64,000 bases of DNA from the human T2T-CHM13v2.0 reference genome, Homo sapiens (GCA_009914755.4 CP068257.2:8096001-8160000), one strand, 5' to 3'. Positions 26,928 to 41,538 are shown, numbered from the stretch's first letter. Numbers and translations are program-made. Notes: a model not told the origin generated them from the letters alone.

Positions 26928-27130
26928 TGCAATCCATTACTTTCTAGTCCATTCTATTCCAGTCCATTCCATTCCATTCCATTCCATTCGATTCCATTCT
27001 ATTCCATACTATTGCATTGCATTCGATTCCATTCTATTCAAATAAATTCCATTTGAGTCCATTCCTTTCGAATCCATTCTTATTGAATCCATTCCATTCA
27101 AGTCCATTACATTTGTGTCCATTCCATTCC
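26928..27130 (+). repeat. 210-bp module copy 10
   Basis: caattagattgcaatcc ... aataaattccatttgagtccattcc ... cattacatttgtgtccattccattcc. Confidence 0.7.
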
Positions 27131-27379
27131 ACTCCATTCCATTCCATTCAATGCCATTCCATTTGATTCTATTCCATTCAATTCCACTCCATTCGAGTCC
27201 TTTCCATTCCATTCCATTCCACTGGATGCCATTCAGTTCGATTATATTCCATTCGACTCCATTCCATTCCATTCCACTCGATGCCATTCAGTTCGATTAT
27301 ATTCCATTCAATTCCATTCCATTCCATTCTGTTCCATCTGATTCCATTCCATTCTATTTCTTTCCATTCCACTCCATTC

Positions 27380-27545
27380 TATTCCATTCGTTTCCATTCC
27401 ATTCGAATCCATTCCACTCCAATCCATTCCATTCGACTCCATTCCATTCCAGGCCATTCCATTCGAGTCCATTCCATTCAAATCCATTCCACTCGAATCC
27501 ATTCCATTCGACTCCATTCCATTCCAGGCCATTCCATTCGAGTCC
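27380..27545 (+). repeat. Tandem ~80-bp duplication inside the satellite
   Basis: ccattcgaatccattccactc(c/g)aatccattccattcgactccattccattccaggccattccattcgagtcc occurs twice back to back. Confidence 0.7.
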
Positions 27546-27910
27546 ATTACATTCCATTTGATATCTTTCGATTATGCTCTATTCCATTCTATACCTTTCG
27601 ATTCCATTAAATTCCATTAAATTCAATGCCATTCCATTCGTTTCCATTCCATTTGAATCCATTCCCTTCGAGTCCATTCCATTCCATTCCATTCCATTAA
27701 ATTCCATTACGTTCTATCTCAGTCCTTTTGATTCCATTTTGTTCCAGTCCATTCCACTCGATTCCATTCCATTGCATTCAATTCCTTTCCATTCGATTCC
27801 ATTCCTGTCATTTCCACTCCATTCCATTCCATTGAATTGCATTATATTCCATTCCATTGCATTCCATTACATTCCATTTGATTACATTCCATTCGAATCC
27901 ATTCCATTAG

Positions 27911-28118
27911 AATAAATTACTTTCCAATCCATTACATTTGAGTCCGTTCTATTCCATTCCATTCCATTCCGTTCCCTTCCATTCGATTTCATTCCTTAAT
28001 ATTGCCTTCCTTTCTATTCCATTCTAATCGAGTAAATTTTTTTCGAGAACATTCTTTCGTGTCCATTCTATTTGAGTACATTCCATTAGAGTCCATTACA
28101 TTTGGGTCGATTCCATTC
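27911..28118 (+). repeat. 210-bp module copy 11 (rearranged 5-prime end)
   Basis: aataaattactttccaatccattacatttgagtccgttctattcc ... cattacatttgggtcgattccattcc. Confidence 0.6.
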
Positions 28119-28871
28119 CATTCCATTCGATACCGTTCCATTGTATTCTATTCCATACGAGTCCATTCAATTCGAGTTGATTCCATTCCATTCCATGCCA
28201 TTCACTTCCACTTGATGCCATTCCATTTGATTATATTCCATTTGACTCCATTCCATTCCATTCCATCCAATTCCATTCCTTTAAATTCCTTTGCATTCCA
28301 TTCCGTTCCATTCCATTCCTTTCCATTCGTTTCCATTACATATGAGTCCATTCCACTCCAATCCATTCCATTCATGTCCATTCCATTCCAGTCCATTCCA
28401 TTCGTGTCCATTACATTCCATTACATTCCATTCGATATCTTTCCATTACAATCCATTCCATTATATTCCCTTCAATTCCATTGAATTCCATTCTATTCGA
28501 TTCCACTACATTTGATTCCATTCCATTCGACTCCAATCCATTCGAGTCCATTCCATACCATTCTATTTCATTCCATTCCGTTTGATTCCTATCCATTCAA
28601 TTCCATTTTGTTCCAGTCCATTCCATTCGTGTCCATTCCATTCCATTCCATTCCAATCGATATCTTTCCATTACACACAATTCCACTATATTCTTTTCGA
28701 TTCCATTCAATTCCATTACATTTGATTCCATTACATTCGATTCCATTTGATTCGATTCCATTGCACTCGATTCCACTACATTCCTTTCCATTGCATTCTA
28801 TTCTATTCAATTCGATTGCCTTCCATTCCATTCCATTAAATTACATTCCATTCAATTGCATTCCATTAGAA

Positions 28872-29075
28872 TCAATTACTTTGCAATCCATTACATTCGA
28901 GTCCATTCTATTCCAGTCCATTTCATTCCATTCCATTCCTTTCTATTCCATTCCACACAATTCCATTCCATTCGATTCCATAGTATTCGAATAAATTCCA
29001 TGAAAGACCATTCCTTTCTACTCCATTCTATTCCATTCCATTCGAGTACATTCTATTTGATTAGATTCCATTCGA
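28872..29075 (+). repeat. 210-bp module copy 12 (3-prime end truncated)
   Basis: caattactttgcaatccattacattcgagtccattctattccagtcc ... aataaattccatgaaagaccattcc. Confidence 0.6.
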
Positions 29076-29192
29076 CTCCATTCCACTCGATTCCACTCTG
29101 TTCCATTTCATTGCATTCCATTCTGTTCCATTTGATTGCGTTCCATTCCATTCTATTTGCTTACATTCCATTCGATTCCATTCCATTTGAAA

Positions 29193-29435
29193 CAATTATA
29201 TTGCACTCCACTACAATCGAATCAGTTCCATTCCAGTCCATTCCATTCCATTCCATTCCATTCCATTCCATTCCATTCCATTCAATTCCATTCCATTCGA
29301 TTCCATTCCATACTATTTTATTCCATTTGATTCCATTCTATTCTAATACATTCCATTTGAAACCATTCCTTTCGAGTCCATTCTCTTTGACTCCATTCCA
29401 TTCGAGTCCATTCCTTTTGAGTCCATTCCATTCCA
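29193..29435 (+). repeat. 210-bp module copy 13 (only ~320 bp after copy 12)
   Basis: caattatattgcactcc ... ccatactattttattcc ... aatacattccatttgaaaccattcc. Confidence 0.65.
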
Positions 29436-30117
29436 TTCCACTGCATTCCATTCCATTTGATGCCATTGCATTCTATTATATTACATTCGAGTAGATTCCA
29501 TTCAAGTCCATTCCTTTGCATTCCATTCCGTTCCATTCCATTGCATTCAATGCCATTCCATTAGATTCTATTCCATTCGACTCCATTACTTTCAATTCCG
29601 TTCCATCCTATTCCATTCCATTCTATTCTATTCCATTCCATCCCTTTCCTTTCAATTCGTTTCCATTCCATTTGAGTCCATTCCACTGCAGTCCATTCCA
29701 TTCAAGTTCATTCTATTCCAGTCCATTCGAGTCTATTCTATTCCATTCCATTCCATTGGATATCTTTACATGACACTCTCATTCATTCTATTCCTATTGA
29801 ATCCATTCCATTCCATTCCATTCGGTTCCATTCCATTCGATTCCATTCCATTCCAGTCCATTGCATTGCATTCCATTCCATTCCATTCCGTTCCATTCGA
29901 TTCCAATCCTTTTGTCTCCATTTTGTTTCAGTCCATTCCATTCCATTCCATTCCATTCCATTCCATTCCATTCTATTCTGTTACATTTGATCCTGTTCCT
30001 TTCGATTCCATTCCACTCGATTGCACTCTGTTCCATTTTATTGCATTCCGTTCAATTCCATTCCATTGCATACTTTCCATTCCATTTGATTACATTCCAT
30101 TTGAATCCCTTCCATTC

Positions 30118-30343
30118 AAATCAGTTGTATTACAATCAATGACATTCAAGTCCGTTCTATTCCAATTCATTCCATTCTGGTCAATTAAATTTGATTTCAT
30201 TCCATTTGATTCCCTTCCATCCTATTGAATTCCTTTCGATTCCATTCTATTTGAATAAATTCCTTTTGAGATCATTCCTTTCGTGTTCATACTATTTGAT
30301 TCCATTCCATTCGTGTCCATTAAATTTGGGTCCATTCCATTCC
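30118..30343 (+). repeat. 210-bp module copy 14
   Basis: cagttgtattacaatcaatgacattcaagtccgttctattcc ... aataaattccttttgagatcattcc ... aaatttgggtccattccattcc. Confidence 0.65.
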
Positions 30344-31249
30344 TTTCCATTCCCCTTGATGCCATTCCATTCTGTTGTAATTCATTCGAGTCAATTCCAT
30401 TCGAGTCCATTCCATTCCATTCGACGCCATTCCATATGATTCTATTCCATTCGAATCCATTCCTTTCCATTCCGTTCCATCTGATTCCATTCCATTCTAT
30501 TGCTTTCCATTCCATTCCATTCCTTTCCATTGCATTCGAGTCCATTCCACTCCAGTCTGTTCCATTTGAGTCCATTCCATTCCATTCCATTCCATTCCAT
30601 TCCATTCCATTCGAGTCCATTCGATTCCATTCGATATCATTCCATTTCACTCTATTCCATTCTATTCCTTTCAATTACATTCAATTCCATTCCATTCGTT
30701 TCCATTCCATTCTATTACTTTCCATTCGACTCCATTCCTTTGGAGTCCAATCCATTTAATTCCATTCCATTACATTCCATTCCGTTTGATTCCAATCCGT
30801 TCAATTCCATTTTGTTCCAGTCCATTCCATTCGATTCCATTCCATTCCCGTCCATTCCATTTGATTCCAGTCCTTTCGAGTCAATTCTATTCCATTCCAT
30901 TCCATTGGATATCTTTACATTACACTCCCTTTCATTCTATTCTTTCAATTCCATTCAATTCCATTCATTCGGTTCCATTCCATTCGACTCCATTCCATTC
31001 GAGTCCATTCCATTCCATTCCATTCCATGCCATTCGATTCTAATAGGTTCGAATCCATTTTGCCCCAGTCCATTACATTCGAGTCCATTCCATTCGATTC
31101 CATTCAGTTCGATTCCATTCCATTCAATTCCATTCCACTCGATTCCACTCCTTTCCATTCCATTACATTCCATTCTATTCAATTCCATTGCATTCCATTC
31201 CATTCCATTCCATTTAATTATTTTCCATTCGATTCCATTCCATTCGAAT

Positions 31250-31468
31250 CAATTACATTACAGTCCATTACATTCAAGTCCATTCTATTCCAGTCCATTC
31301 CATTCCGGTCCATTCCATTCGATGGAATTCCATTTGATTCCATTCCATTCTATTGCATTCCATTCGAGTACATTCAATTCGAATAAATTCCATTCTAGAC
31401 CTTTCCTTTCGAGTCCATTCTATTTCTGCATTGTATTCGAGTCCACTACATTTGGGTACATTCCATTC
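31250..31468 (+). repeat. 210-bp module copy 15
   Basis: caattacattacagtccattacattcaagtccattctattccagtcc ... aataaattccattctagacc ... ctacatttgggtacattccattcc. Confidence 0.7.
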
Positions 31469-31976
31469 CACTCCGTTCCATTCTATTCCAATCCATTCCA
31501 TTCCATTCCATTCCATTCGATGACATTCCATTCAATTGTATTCCTTTTGACTCCATTCCGTTCCATTCAGTTCCATCCAATTCCATTCCATTCTATTCCT
31601 TTCCGTTCCATTCCATTCCATTGCATCCCATTCCTTTCCATTTCATTCGAGTCCATTCCTCTCCAGTCCATTCCATTCGAATCCATTCCATTCCAGTCCA
31701 TTCCATTGGAGTCCATTCCATTCAATTGCATTCAATATATTTCCATTACACTCCAATCCATTTTATTTCTTTTGATTCCATTCAATTCTATTCCATTCAA
31801 TTCCATTCCATGTGATTCCATTCCATTCGAATCTATTGCATTCAATTCTTTTCAATTCGATTCCATTCCACTCGATTGCACTCCGTTCCATTCCATTGCA
31901 TTCCATTCTATTTCATTCAATTGCATTCCATTCCTTACCATTTGATTACATTCCATTTGATTCCATTCAACTCGAA

Positions 31977-32218
31977 TCAATTATATTGCAATCCGTTACA
32001 TTCGAGTACTTTCTATACCAGTCCATACCATTCCACTCCAATACATTCGATTCCATTCCATTTGATTCCAATGTATACTATTTCATTCCATTCCAAAATA
32101 TTGCATTCCTTTCCATTCCATTCTATTCGAATAAATTCCTTTCGAGACCATTCCATTCGGGTCCATTCTATTTGATTCCATTCCTTTCGAGTCCATTACA
32201 TTTGCATCCATTCCATTC
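31977..32218 (+). repeat. 210-bp module copy 16
   Basis: caattatattgcaatccgttacattcgagtac ... aataaattcctttcgagaccattcc ... cattacatttgcatccattccattcc. Confidence 0.7.
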
Positions 32219-33112
32219 CATTGCATTCCACTTGATGCTATTCCATTCTGTTCTATTTCATTCGAGTCCATTGCATTTGAGTCCGTTCCACTCCATTCCA
32301 TTCCATTCCATTCGACTTCATTCCATTAGATTCTACTCCATTCGAATCCATTCCTTTCCATTCCGTTCCATCCGATTCCATTCCATTCTATTCCGTTCCA
32401 TTCCATTCCATGCCATTTGTTTCCATTCCATTCGAATCCATTCCACTCAAGTCCATTCCATTCGAGTCCATTCCAATTCAGTGCATTCCATTCGATTCCA
32501 TTCCATTCCATTCCATTCAGTTCCATCCAATTCCATTTCATTCTGCTCCTTTCCATTCCATTCCAGTCGTTTCCATTCATTCGAGTCAATTGCCCTCCAG
32601 TCCATTGCATTGGAATCCATTCCATTCGAGTCCATTGCATTCGAGTCCATTCCATTCAAGTCCATTCCATTCCATTCCATTCCATTCCATTCCATTCCAT
32701 TCCACACGATATCATTGCATTGCCCTCCATTCCATTCCACACGATATCTGTGCATTGCACTCTATTCCATTCCATTCCATTCCATTCAATTGTATTCCAT
32801 TCGATTCCATTCCATTTGATTCCATTTCATTATACTCCATTCCATTCGAGTCTATTACCTTCCATTCCATTAAATTCCATTTCTTTCCATTCGATTGCAC
32901 TGAGTTCTATTCCATTTTGTCCCAACTCCATTCCACTCGGTTCTATTCCATTCGAATACATTCCATTCCATTCCATTCCATTCCATTCCATTCCATTCCA
33001 TTCCTCTCGATTCCACTCTGTGGCAGTCCTTTGCTGTCCATTCTATTCCATTCCATTGTTTTCCATTCCATTCCTTTTGATTACATTCCATTCGATTCCA
33101 TTCCATATGAAT

Positions 33113-33200
33113 CAATTACATTGCAATCCATTGCATTAGATTCCATTCTATTACAGTCCATTAAATTCTGTTCCATTCCACTCCATTCCAATACATTCGA
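33113..33200 (+). repeat. 210-bp module copy 17 (5-prime part only)
   Basis: caattacattgcaatccattgcattagattccattctattacagtcc, then reverts to pentamers. Confidence 0.5.
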
Positions 33201-33496
33201 TTCCATTCCATTCGGTTCTATTCCATTCGACTCCATTCCATTCCATTCCATCCGATTCCATTCCATTCTATTCCTTTCCATTCCTTTCCATTCTATTCCA
33301 TTTGTTTCCATTCCGTTTGAGTCCATTCCACTCCAACGCATTCCATTCAAGTCCTTTCCATTCCATTCTATTCCATTCCACTCTATTTGATTCACTTCCA
33401 CTCAATTCTACTCCGCTCCATTCCCTTGCATTGCATTCCATTCCATTCCTTTCCATTTCATTTGATTACATTCCATTCAATTCCTTTCCATTCAAA

Positions 33497-33715
33497 TCAA
33501 TTACTTTACAATCAATTATATTTGTGTCCGTTCTAATCCATTCCATTCATTTCCAGTCCATTCCATTCGATTCCATTCAATTCGATTCCATTCCGTACTA
33601 TTGCATTCTGTTCGATTCCATTCTACTTGAATAAATTCCATTGGAGACCATTCCTATCTAGTCCATTCCATCTGAGTCCATTCCATTCGAGTCCATTACT
33701 TTTGTGACCATTCCA
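33497..33715 (+). repeat. 210-bp module copy 18
   Basis: caattactttacaatcaattatatttgtgtccgttctaatcc ... aataaattccattggagaccattcc ... cattacttttgtgaccattcc. Confidence 0.65.
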
Positions 33716-34906
33716 ATATATTCCATTAAATTCCATTCGATTCTATTCCATGCGAGTCCATTCCATTCGAGTCCATTGCATTCCATTCCATTTGGTGCAA
33801 TTCCATTCTAATCTATTCCTTTCAACTCCATTAAACTCCATTCCGTTCCACCTGACTCCAATCCATTCTATTTCTTTCCGTTCCATTCCATTCCTTTTCA
33901 TTCCATTCCATTAGAGTCCATTCCACTCCAGCCTACTCCATTTGAGTCCATTCCACCCCAGTCCATTCCATTCGATTCCAATCCTTTCAAGTCTATTCCA
34001 TTCCATTCCATTCCATTCAATATCTTTCTATTACACTCCATTCCTTTCTACTCCTTTTGATTACATTCAATTCCATTCCATTTGTTTCCATTCCATTCTA
34101 TTCCATTCCTATCGACTCCATTCCATTCGAGTTCGTTGCATTCTATTCAATTCCCTTACATTCAATGCCACAGCATTCAATTCCATTTTGTTACAGTCCA
34201 TTCTATTCGAGTCCATTCCATTCCATATCATTCGATGCCATTCCATTCGATTCTATTCCATTCGACTCCCTTCCCTTCCTTTCCATTCCATCCGATTCCA
34301 TTCCATTCTATTCCTTTCCATTCAGTTCCATTGCATTACATTCAATTGCATTCCTTTCCATTTCATTCGTTTGTATTCCATTCGTCGCCATTCCATTCCA
34401 TTCCATTCCAACCGATTCCACTACATTCTACACTTTTCCGTTCAATTCCATTCCATTTCATTCCGTTCATTTCTGTTCCATTCGATTCCACTCCACTCCA
34501 GTCCATTCCATTCGAGTCCATTCCATTCGAGTCCAATCCATTCCTTTCCATTCGATATCTATCCATTACACTCCATTCCATTCAAATCATTTTGATTCCA
34601 TTCAATTCCAATCCACTCGATTCCATTTCATTCGATTCCATTCCATTCGACTCCATTCCATTCGATTCCAATCCATTCGATTTCATTCCATTACGTTCGA
34701 TTCCAATCCTTTCCTTCCCATTTTGTTGAAGTCCATTCCATTCGAGTCCCTTCCCTTCGAGTCCATTCATTTCGATTCCATTCCATTCGATTCCATTCCA
34801 CTCATTTCCACTCCATTCCATTCCATTGCATTCCATTCTATTCCATTCCACTGCATTCCATTCCATTCCATTTGATTACATTCCATTCAATTCCATTCCA
34901 TTCGAA

Positions 34907-35143
34907 TCAATTACCTTACAATCCATTACATTCCAGTCTGTTCTATTCTAGTCCATTCCATTCCGGTGCATTACATTCAAATCCATTCCATTCGATTCCA
35001 TTCCATTTGTTTCCATTCCATACTATTGAATTCCATTCGATTCCATTATTTTCGAATAAATTTCATTCGAGACCATTACTTTCAAGTGCGTTCTATTTGA
35101 TTCCATTGCATTACAGTCCATTATGTTTGGTCCATTCCATTCC
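34907..35143 (+). repeat. 210-bp module copy 19
   Basis: caattaccttacaatccattacattccagtctgttctattctagtcc ... aataaatttcattcgagaccattac. Confidence 0.65.
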
Positions 35144-35923
35144 ATTCCATTCGATGTCATTCCATTCTAGTCCATTCCATTCCTGTCCATTCCATTCGAG
35201 CAGATTCCATTCTATTCCAATCCATTCGATGCCATTTAATTCCATTCTATTCCATTCGACTCCGTTCCATACCATTCCATTCCATCCGATTTCATTCCAT
35301 TCTATTCCTTTCCATTCCATTCCATTCCATTTGATGCCATTCCAAATGATTCTATTCCATTCGAGTCCATTCCACTCGTGTCCAATCCATTCCATTGCAT
35401 TCCATTCCAATCCATTTGATGCGATTTAATTCCATTCTATTCCTCTCGACTCCGTTCCACTCCATTCCGTTCCATCCGTTTGCATTCCATTCTATTCCAT
35501 TCCATTCCATTTGTTTCCATTCCATTCGAGTCCTTTCCATTTTATTCCATTCCATTCGATATCATTCCATTACACCAAATTCCATTCTATTCATTTTGAT
35601 TTCATTCAATTCCATTTCATTTGATTCCATTCCATTCGGTTCCAATCCATTCGACTTCATTTGATTCAAGTCCATTCCATTCCAATCCATCCCTTTACAT
35701 TCCACTGGATTCCAATCCGTTTGATTCCATTTTGTTCCAGTCCATTCCATTGCAGTCCATTCCACTCCATTCCTTTCCATTCGATGGCATTCCATTTGAT
35801 TCCATTCCACTTAATTCCACTCCATTCCATTCCATTGCATTCCATTATATTCCATTCCATTGCTTACCATTCCATTCAATTTGATAATCTTAAATTCGAT
35901 TCCATTCCATACAAATCAATTAC

Positions 35924-36138
35924 GTTGCAATCCAATACATTCGAGTCCATTCTATTCCAGTCCATTTCATTCCTGTCCATTCCATTCGATTCTATTCCAT
36001 TTGATTCCATTCCATACATTTGCATTCCATTCGATTCCATTCTGTTCAAATAAATTCCATTCGAGACCATTCTTTTTGAGTCCAATCTATTTAAGTCCAT
36101 TCCATTCGAGTCCATTATATTTGGGTACATTCCATTCC
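35924..36138 (+). repeat. 210-bp module copy 20
   Basis: caattacgttgcaatccaatacattcgagtccattctattccagtcc ... aataaattccattcgagaccattc ... attatatttgggtacattccattcc. Confidence 0.7.
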
Positions 36139-36934
36139 ATTCCATTCCATTGCATTCCATTTCACTCGATGTCATTCCATTCGATTCTATTCCATTCTTC
36201 TCTATTCCATTCTATTTTGTTCAATTTGATTCCATTACATTCTAGTCCTTTCCATTCTATTGTTTCCATTCCTTTCGTTTCCATTCTATTCGAGTCCATT
36301 CCATTCAGGTCCATTCCTTTCCATTCCATTTGATGCCATTCCAATCGATTCTATTGCATTCGACTCCATTCCATTCCATTTCTTTCCATCCGATTCCTTT
36401 ACTTTCTATTCCTTTCCATTTCATTCCATTCCATTCTATTCCATTCCAGTCCATTCCATTCGAGTCCCTTCCATTGCATTCCATTCCACTCGATATCTTT
36501 CCATTACACCCAATTCCATTCTATTCCTTTCGATTCCATTCCATTCCGTTCCATTCCAATCCATTCCATTCGGTTCTATTCCATTTGACTCCATTCCTTT
36601 CGAGTCCGTTGCATTCCATTCAATCCCATTCTGTTAAATTCGATTCCAATCCTTTCGATTCCATTTTGTTGCAGTACATTGCATTCGAGTCCATTCCATT
36701 CCATTCCCTTCCATACCATTCGATGCCATTCCATTTGATTCTATTCCATTCGACTCCATTGAATTCCATTCAGTTCAATACGATTCCATTACATTCTATT
36801 CCTTTGCATTAAATTCCATTCCATTCCATTCCATTCCATTCCATTCCATTCGTTTCCATTCCTGTTGAGTCCATTCCAATCGAGTCCATTCCATTCCCGT
36901 CCATTCCATTCGATTCTATTCCATTCGATACCAT

Positions 36935-37060
36935 TCTATAGTTTGCATTCCATTCGATTCCATTCTGTTCAAATAAATTCCATTCGAGACCATTCCTTTA
37001 GTGTCCATTCTATTTGGGTCCATTCCATTCGAGTCCATTACATTTGTGTCCATTCCATTC
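36935..37060 (+). repeat. 210-bp module copy 21 (3-prime half only)
   Basis: atagtttgcattccattcgattccattctgttcaaataaattccattcgagaccattcc ... cattacatttgtgtccattccattc. Confidence 0.6.
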
Positions 37061-37837
37061 TATTCCTTTCTCTTTGATTCCAATCCATTTGATTCCATTT
37101 TTTTCCAGTCCATTCAATTCGAGTTCATTCCATTCCAGTCCATTCGATGACCTTGCAATCGATTCTATTCCATTCTGCTCCATTCCATTCCATTCCGTTC
37201 CAACCGATTCCATTTCATTCTATTCCTTTCCATTCCATTCCATTCCATTCCATTCCATTCCAATTGCTTCCATTGCATTCGATTCCAATCCACTCCAGTC
37301 CATTCCCTTCAAGTCCATTCCATTCCAGTCCATTCCTTTCGAGTCCATTCCAAGCAATTCCATTCGATGTTTTTCCATTACACTCCTTTCCATTCTCTAT
37401 CTTTAGATTCCATTCAGTTCCATTCCATTCAATTCAACTGCAGTCAATTAAATTCCATTTGACACCATTCCATTCGAGTTCATTCCACTCCAGTCCATTC
37501 CATTCGAGTCCATTCCCTTCCATTCCATTCTATTTGATAGCTTTCTATTACACTCCATTCCATTCTATTGCTTTGGATTCCATTCAATTCCATTCCATTC
37601 GATTCCATTCCATTTGACTCCATTCCATTCGAGTCCATTACAATCCATTCCATTCCATTCCATTCCAACGCTTTCGACTCCATTTTTTCCCGTCCATTAC
37701 CTTCAATTCCATTCCATTTGATTCCATTCTACTCGATTCCTCTCCGTTCCATTCCAATGCATTGCATTCTATTCCATTGCATAGCATTCCATTCCATTCC
37801 ATTTGATTACATTCCATTCTATTCCATTCCATTCATA

Positions 37838-38058
37838 TCAATTACATTGCATTCCGTTAATTTGCAGTCCGTTCTATTCCATTCCATTCCATTCTGGTCC
37901 ATTCCATTCAATTCCATTCCATTCGATTCCGTTCCATACTACTGCATTCCATTCAATTACATTCTATTTGATTATATTCCATTCGAGACCATTCCATTCG
38001 AGTCCATTCTATTTGAGTACATTCCATTTGAGTCCATTATATTTGGGTCCATTCCTTT
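37838..38058 (+). repeat. 210-bp module copy 22
   Basis: caattacattgcattccgttaatttgcagtccgttctattcc ... attatatttgggtccattcctttcc. Confidence 0.65.
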
Positions 38059-38471
38059 CCATGCCATTCCATTCCACTCGATTCCATTCCATTCGATTAT
38101 ATTCAATTCGAGTCCATTCCACTCGAATTCATTCCATTCCATTCCATTCCATTCCATTCCATTCCAGTCCATTCCGTTTGATGCCATTCCATTCGACTCC
38201 ATTCCAGTCGAAGCCACTCCTGTCCACTCCATTCAATTCCATTCCTTTCTATTCCAATCCGTTTGATTCCATTTTGTGCCAGTCCATTCTATTGAAGTCC
38301 ATTCAATTCCAGTCCGTTCCATTCGATTCCATTCCATTTGATTCCATTCCACTCAATTCCACTCTGTTACATTCCATTGCATTCCATTCTATTCCATTCC
38401 ATTGCATTCCATTCCATTCTATTTGATTACATTGCATTCGATTCCATTCCATTCGATTCCATTCCATTCCA

Positions 38472-38695
38472 ATCAATTATATGGCAATCCATTACATTCG
38501 AGTCCATTCTATTCTATTCCATTCCATTCCAGTCCATTCCATTCGATTACATTCCAGTCGATTCAATTCCATACTATTGCATTTCATTCGATTCCATTCT
38601 ATTTGAATAAATTCCATTAGTGACCATTCCATTTGAGTCCATTCTATTTGATTCAATTCCATTCGAGCCCATTACATTTCAGTCCAATCCATTCC
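38472..38695 (+). repeat. 210-bp module copy 23
   Basis: caattatatggcaatccattacattcgagtccattctattc ... aataaattccattagtgaccattcc ... cattacatttcagtcc. Confidence 0.7.
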
Positions 38696-39377
38696 ATTCC
38701 TCTCCTTTCCAATACATTCGATGCCACTCCATTCAATTCTATTCCATTTGAGTCCATTACCTTCGAGTCCATTCCATTCCATTGCATTCCATTCGATGCC
38801 ATTCTACTCGATTCTATTCCATTTAACTCCAATTCTTTCCATTCCGTTCCATCCGATTCCTTTCTCTTCTATTCCTTTCCATTCTATTCAATTCCATTCC
38901 ATTCATTATATTTCCATTACACTCCATTCCATTCTATTCCTTTTGATTCTATTCAATTCCATTCCATTCGATTCCATTCCACTTGGTTCCATTCCATTCC
39001 ACTCCATTCCACTCCATTCCATTCGTTATATTTCCATCACACTCCTTTCCATTCTATTCCTTTCTATTCCATTCAATTCCATTCCATTCGATTCCATTCC
39101 ATTCGGTTCCATTCCATTCGACTCCAATCCATTCGACTCCGTTCCATTCCAATCCGTTCCGTTCATTTCGATTCCAATCCGCTCCATTACATTTTGTTCC
39201 AGTCCATTACATTCCAGTACATTCCATTCGATTCCATTCCATTCATTTGCATTCCATTCAATTCCATTCCACTCAATTCCACTCCGTTCCACTCCATTAC
39301 ATTCCATTCTATTCCATTCCATTGCACTCCATTCCATTCCATTTGATTACATTCCATTCGATTCCATTCCATTCGAA

Positions 39378-39694
39378 TCAATTACATTGCAGTCCATTAC
39401 ATTCATGCCCTTTCTATTAAAGTCCAGTCCATTATGGTCCATTCCATTCCATTCTATTCCATTCCATTCGAATCAATTACTTTGCAATCCATCACATTCG
39501 AGTACGTTCTGTTCCAGTCCATTCAATTCTGGTCTATTCCATTCAATTCCACTCCATTTGATTCCATTCCATTCTAGTACATTCCGCTGGATTCCATCCT
39601 ATTCAAATAAGTTCCATTCGAGACCATTTCTTCGAGTCAAATCAATTTGAGTCCATTCCATTCAAGTCCATTACATCTGGGTCTATTCCATTCC
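39378..39694 (+). repeat. 210-bp module copy 24 with an internal duplication of the 5-prime part (second start near 39472)
   Basis: caattacattgcagtccattacattcatgcc ... caattactttgcaatccatcacattcgagtac ... aataagttccattcgagaccatttc ... cattacatctgggtctattccattcc. Confidence 0.65.
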
Positions 39695-40236
39695 ATTCCA
39701 TTCCATTCCATTCGATGCCATTCAATTTGATTCATTTCCTTTCAACTCCATTCCATTCCATTCAGTTCCATCCGATTCCATTCCATTGTATTCCTTTCCA
39801 TTTCATTGCATTCCATTCCATTCCACTGGAGACCATTCCACTCAAGTGCATTTCATTTGAGTCTATTCCATTCCATTCCATTCCATTCGATATCTTTCCA
39901 TTACACTTCATTCCATTCTATTCCTTTACAATCCATTCAATTCCATTCTATTTGATTCCATTCAATACAATTCCATTACATTCGACTCCATTTCATTCGA
40001 GTCCATTGCATTCCATTCCATTCCATTCCTTTATGTTCTATTCCATTCCATTCGATTCCGTTTTGTTCCAGTCCATTCCACTCGAGTCCATTGCATTACA
40101 GTGCAAACCATTTGATTCCATTCCATTCGATTCTATTCCACTCCGTTCCATTCCTTTGCGTTCCTTTCTATTCCATTCAATTGCATTCCATTCCATTCCA
40201 TTTGATTACATTCCATTGAATTCCAATCCATTTGAA

Positions 40237-40504
40237 TCAATTACATTGCAGTCCATTACATTCGAGTTTGTTCTATTCCAGTCCATTCCACTCTGGTGCA
40301 TTCCATTCGATTCCATTCCATTTGATACCATTCCATACTATTGCATTCCATTCGATTCCATTCCATTCGATACCATTCCATACTATTGCATTCCTTTCGA
40401 TTCCATTCTTTTCGAATAAATTCCATTCGAGACCATTCCTTTCGTGTCCATTCTATTTGACTCCATTCTATTCAAGTCCATTAAATTTGTGCACATACCA
40501 TTCC
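40237..40504 (+). repeat. 210-bp module copy 25 (contains a duplicated ccatactattgcattcc segment)
   Basis: caattacattgcagtccattacattcgagtttgttctattccagtcc ... aataaattccattcgagaccattcc ... aaatttgtgcacataccattcc. Confidence 0.65.
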
Positions 40505-41331
40505 ATTCCATTCGGTGCCATTCCAGTCCACTCTATTCCATTCAAGTCCATTACATTCGAATCCATTCCATTCCATTCGATGCCATTCGATTCGATTCTA
40601 TTCCATTCGACTCCATTCCATTCCATTCCCTTCCAAACGGTTCCATTCCATTCTATTACTTTCCATTCCATTTCATTCCATTCCATTCCATTCCATTCCA
40701 TTCCATTCCATTCCATTTCGTTCCGTTCCTTTCTGTTCCGTTCCGTTTTGTTCCATTCCATTCCATTCCATTCCATTCCATTCCATTCCATTCCATTTCA
40801 TTCCATTCCATTCCATTTGCTTCCATTCCATTAGAGTCCATTCCACTCCAGTCCATTCCATTCGTGTCCATTCCATTCGTGTCCACTGCATTCCATTCCA
40901 CTCCATTCCATATTATTCCATTACACTCCATTCTATTCTGTTACTTTCATTTCCATTCAATTCCATTCCATTTGATTCCATCCCACTCGGTTTCATTCCA
41001 TTCGACTCCATTCCATTTGAGTCCATTCCATTCCATTCCATACAGTTCCATTCCATTTGAGTCCATTCCATTCCATTCCATACAGTTCCATTCCATTCCG
41101 TTCCATTCCATTCCATTCCATTCCATTATGTTCCATTCCATTCCATTCCATTCCATTCCATTCCATTCGCTTCCATTCCATTTTGTTCCATTCCATTTTG
41201 TTCCGTTCCATTCCATTCGAATCCATTCCATTCCATTCCATTCCATTTCATTCCATTCGACTGCATTCCATTCGAATCCATTCCATTCCATTCCATTCCA
41301 TTTCATTCCATTCGACTGCATTCCATTCGAA

Positions 41332-41538
41332 TCAATTGTTTTGCAATCCCTTACATTCAAGTCTGTTCTATTCCAGGCCATTACATTCTGGTCCATTCCA
41401 TTCGATTCCATTCCATTTGATTCCATTCCATTCTATTGCATTCCATTCGATTCCATTCTATTCGAATAAATTCCATTCGAGACCATTTCTTTCGAGTCCA
41501 TTCCATTCGAGTCCATTACATTTGGGTCTATTCCGTTC
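41332..41538 (+). repeat. 210-bp module copy 26
   Basis: caattgttttgcaatcccttacattcaagtctgttctattccaggcc ... aataaattccattcgagaccatttc ... cattacatttgggtctattccgttcc. Confidence 0.7.
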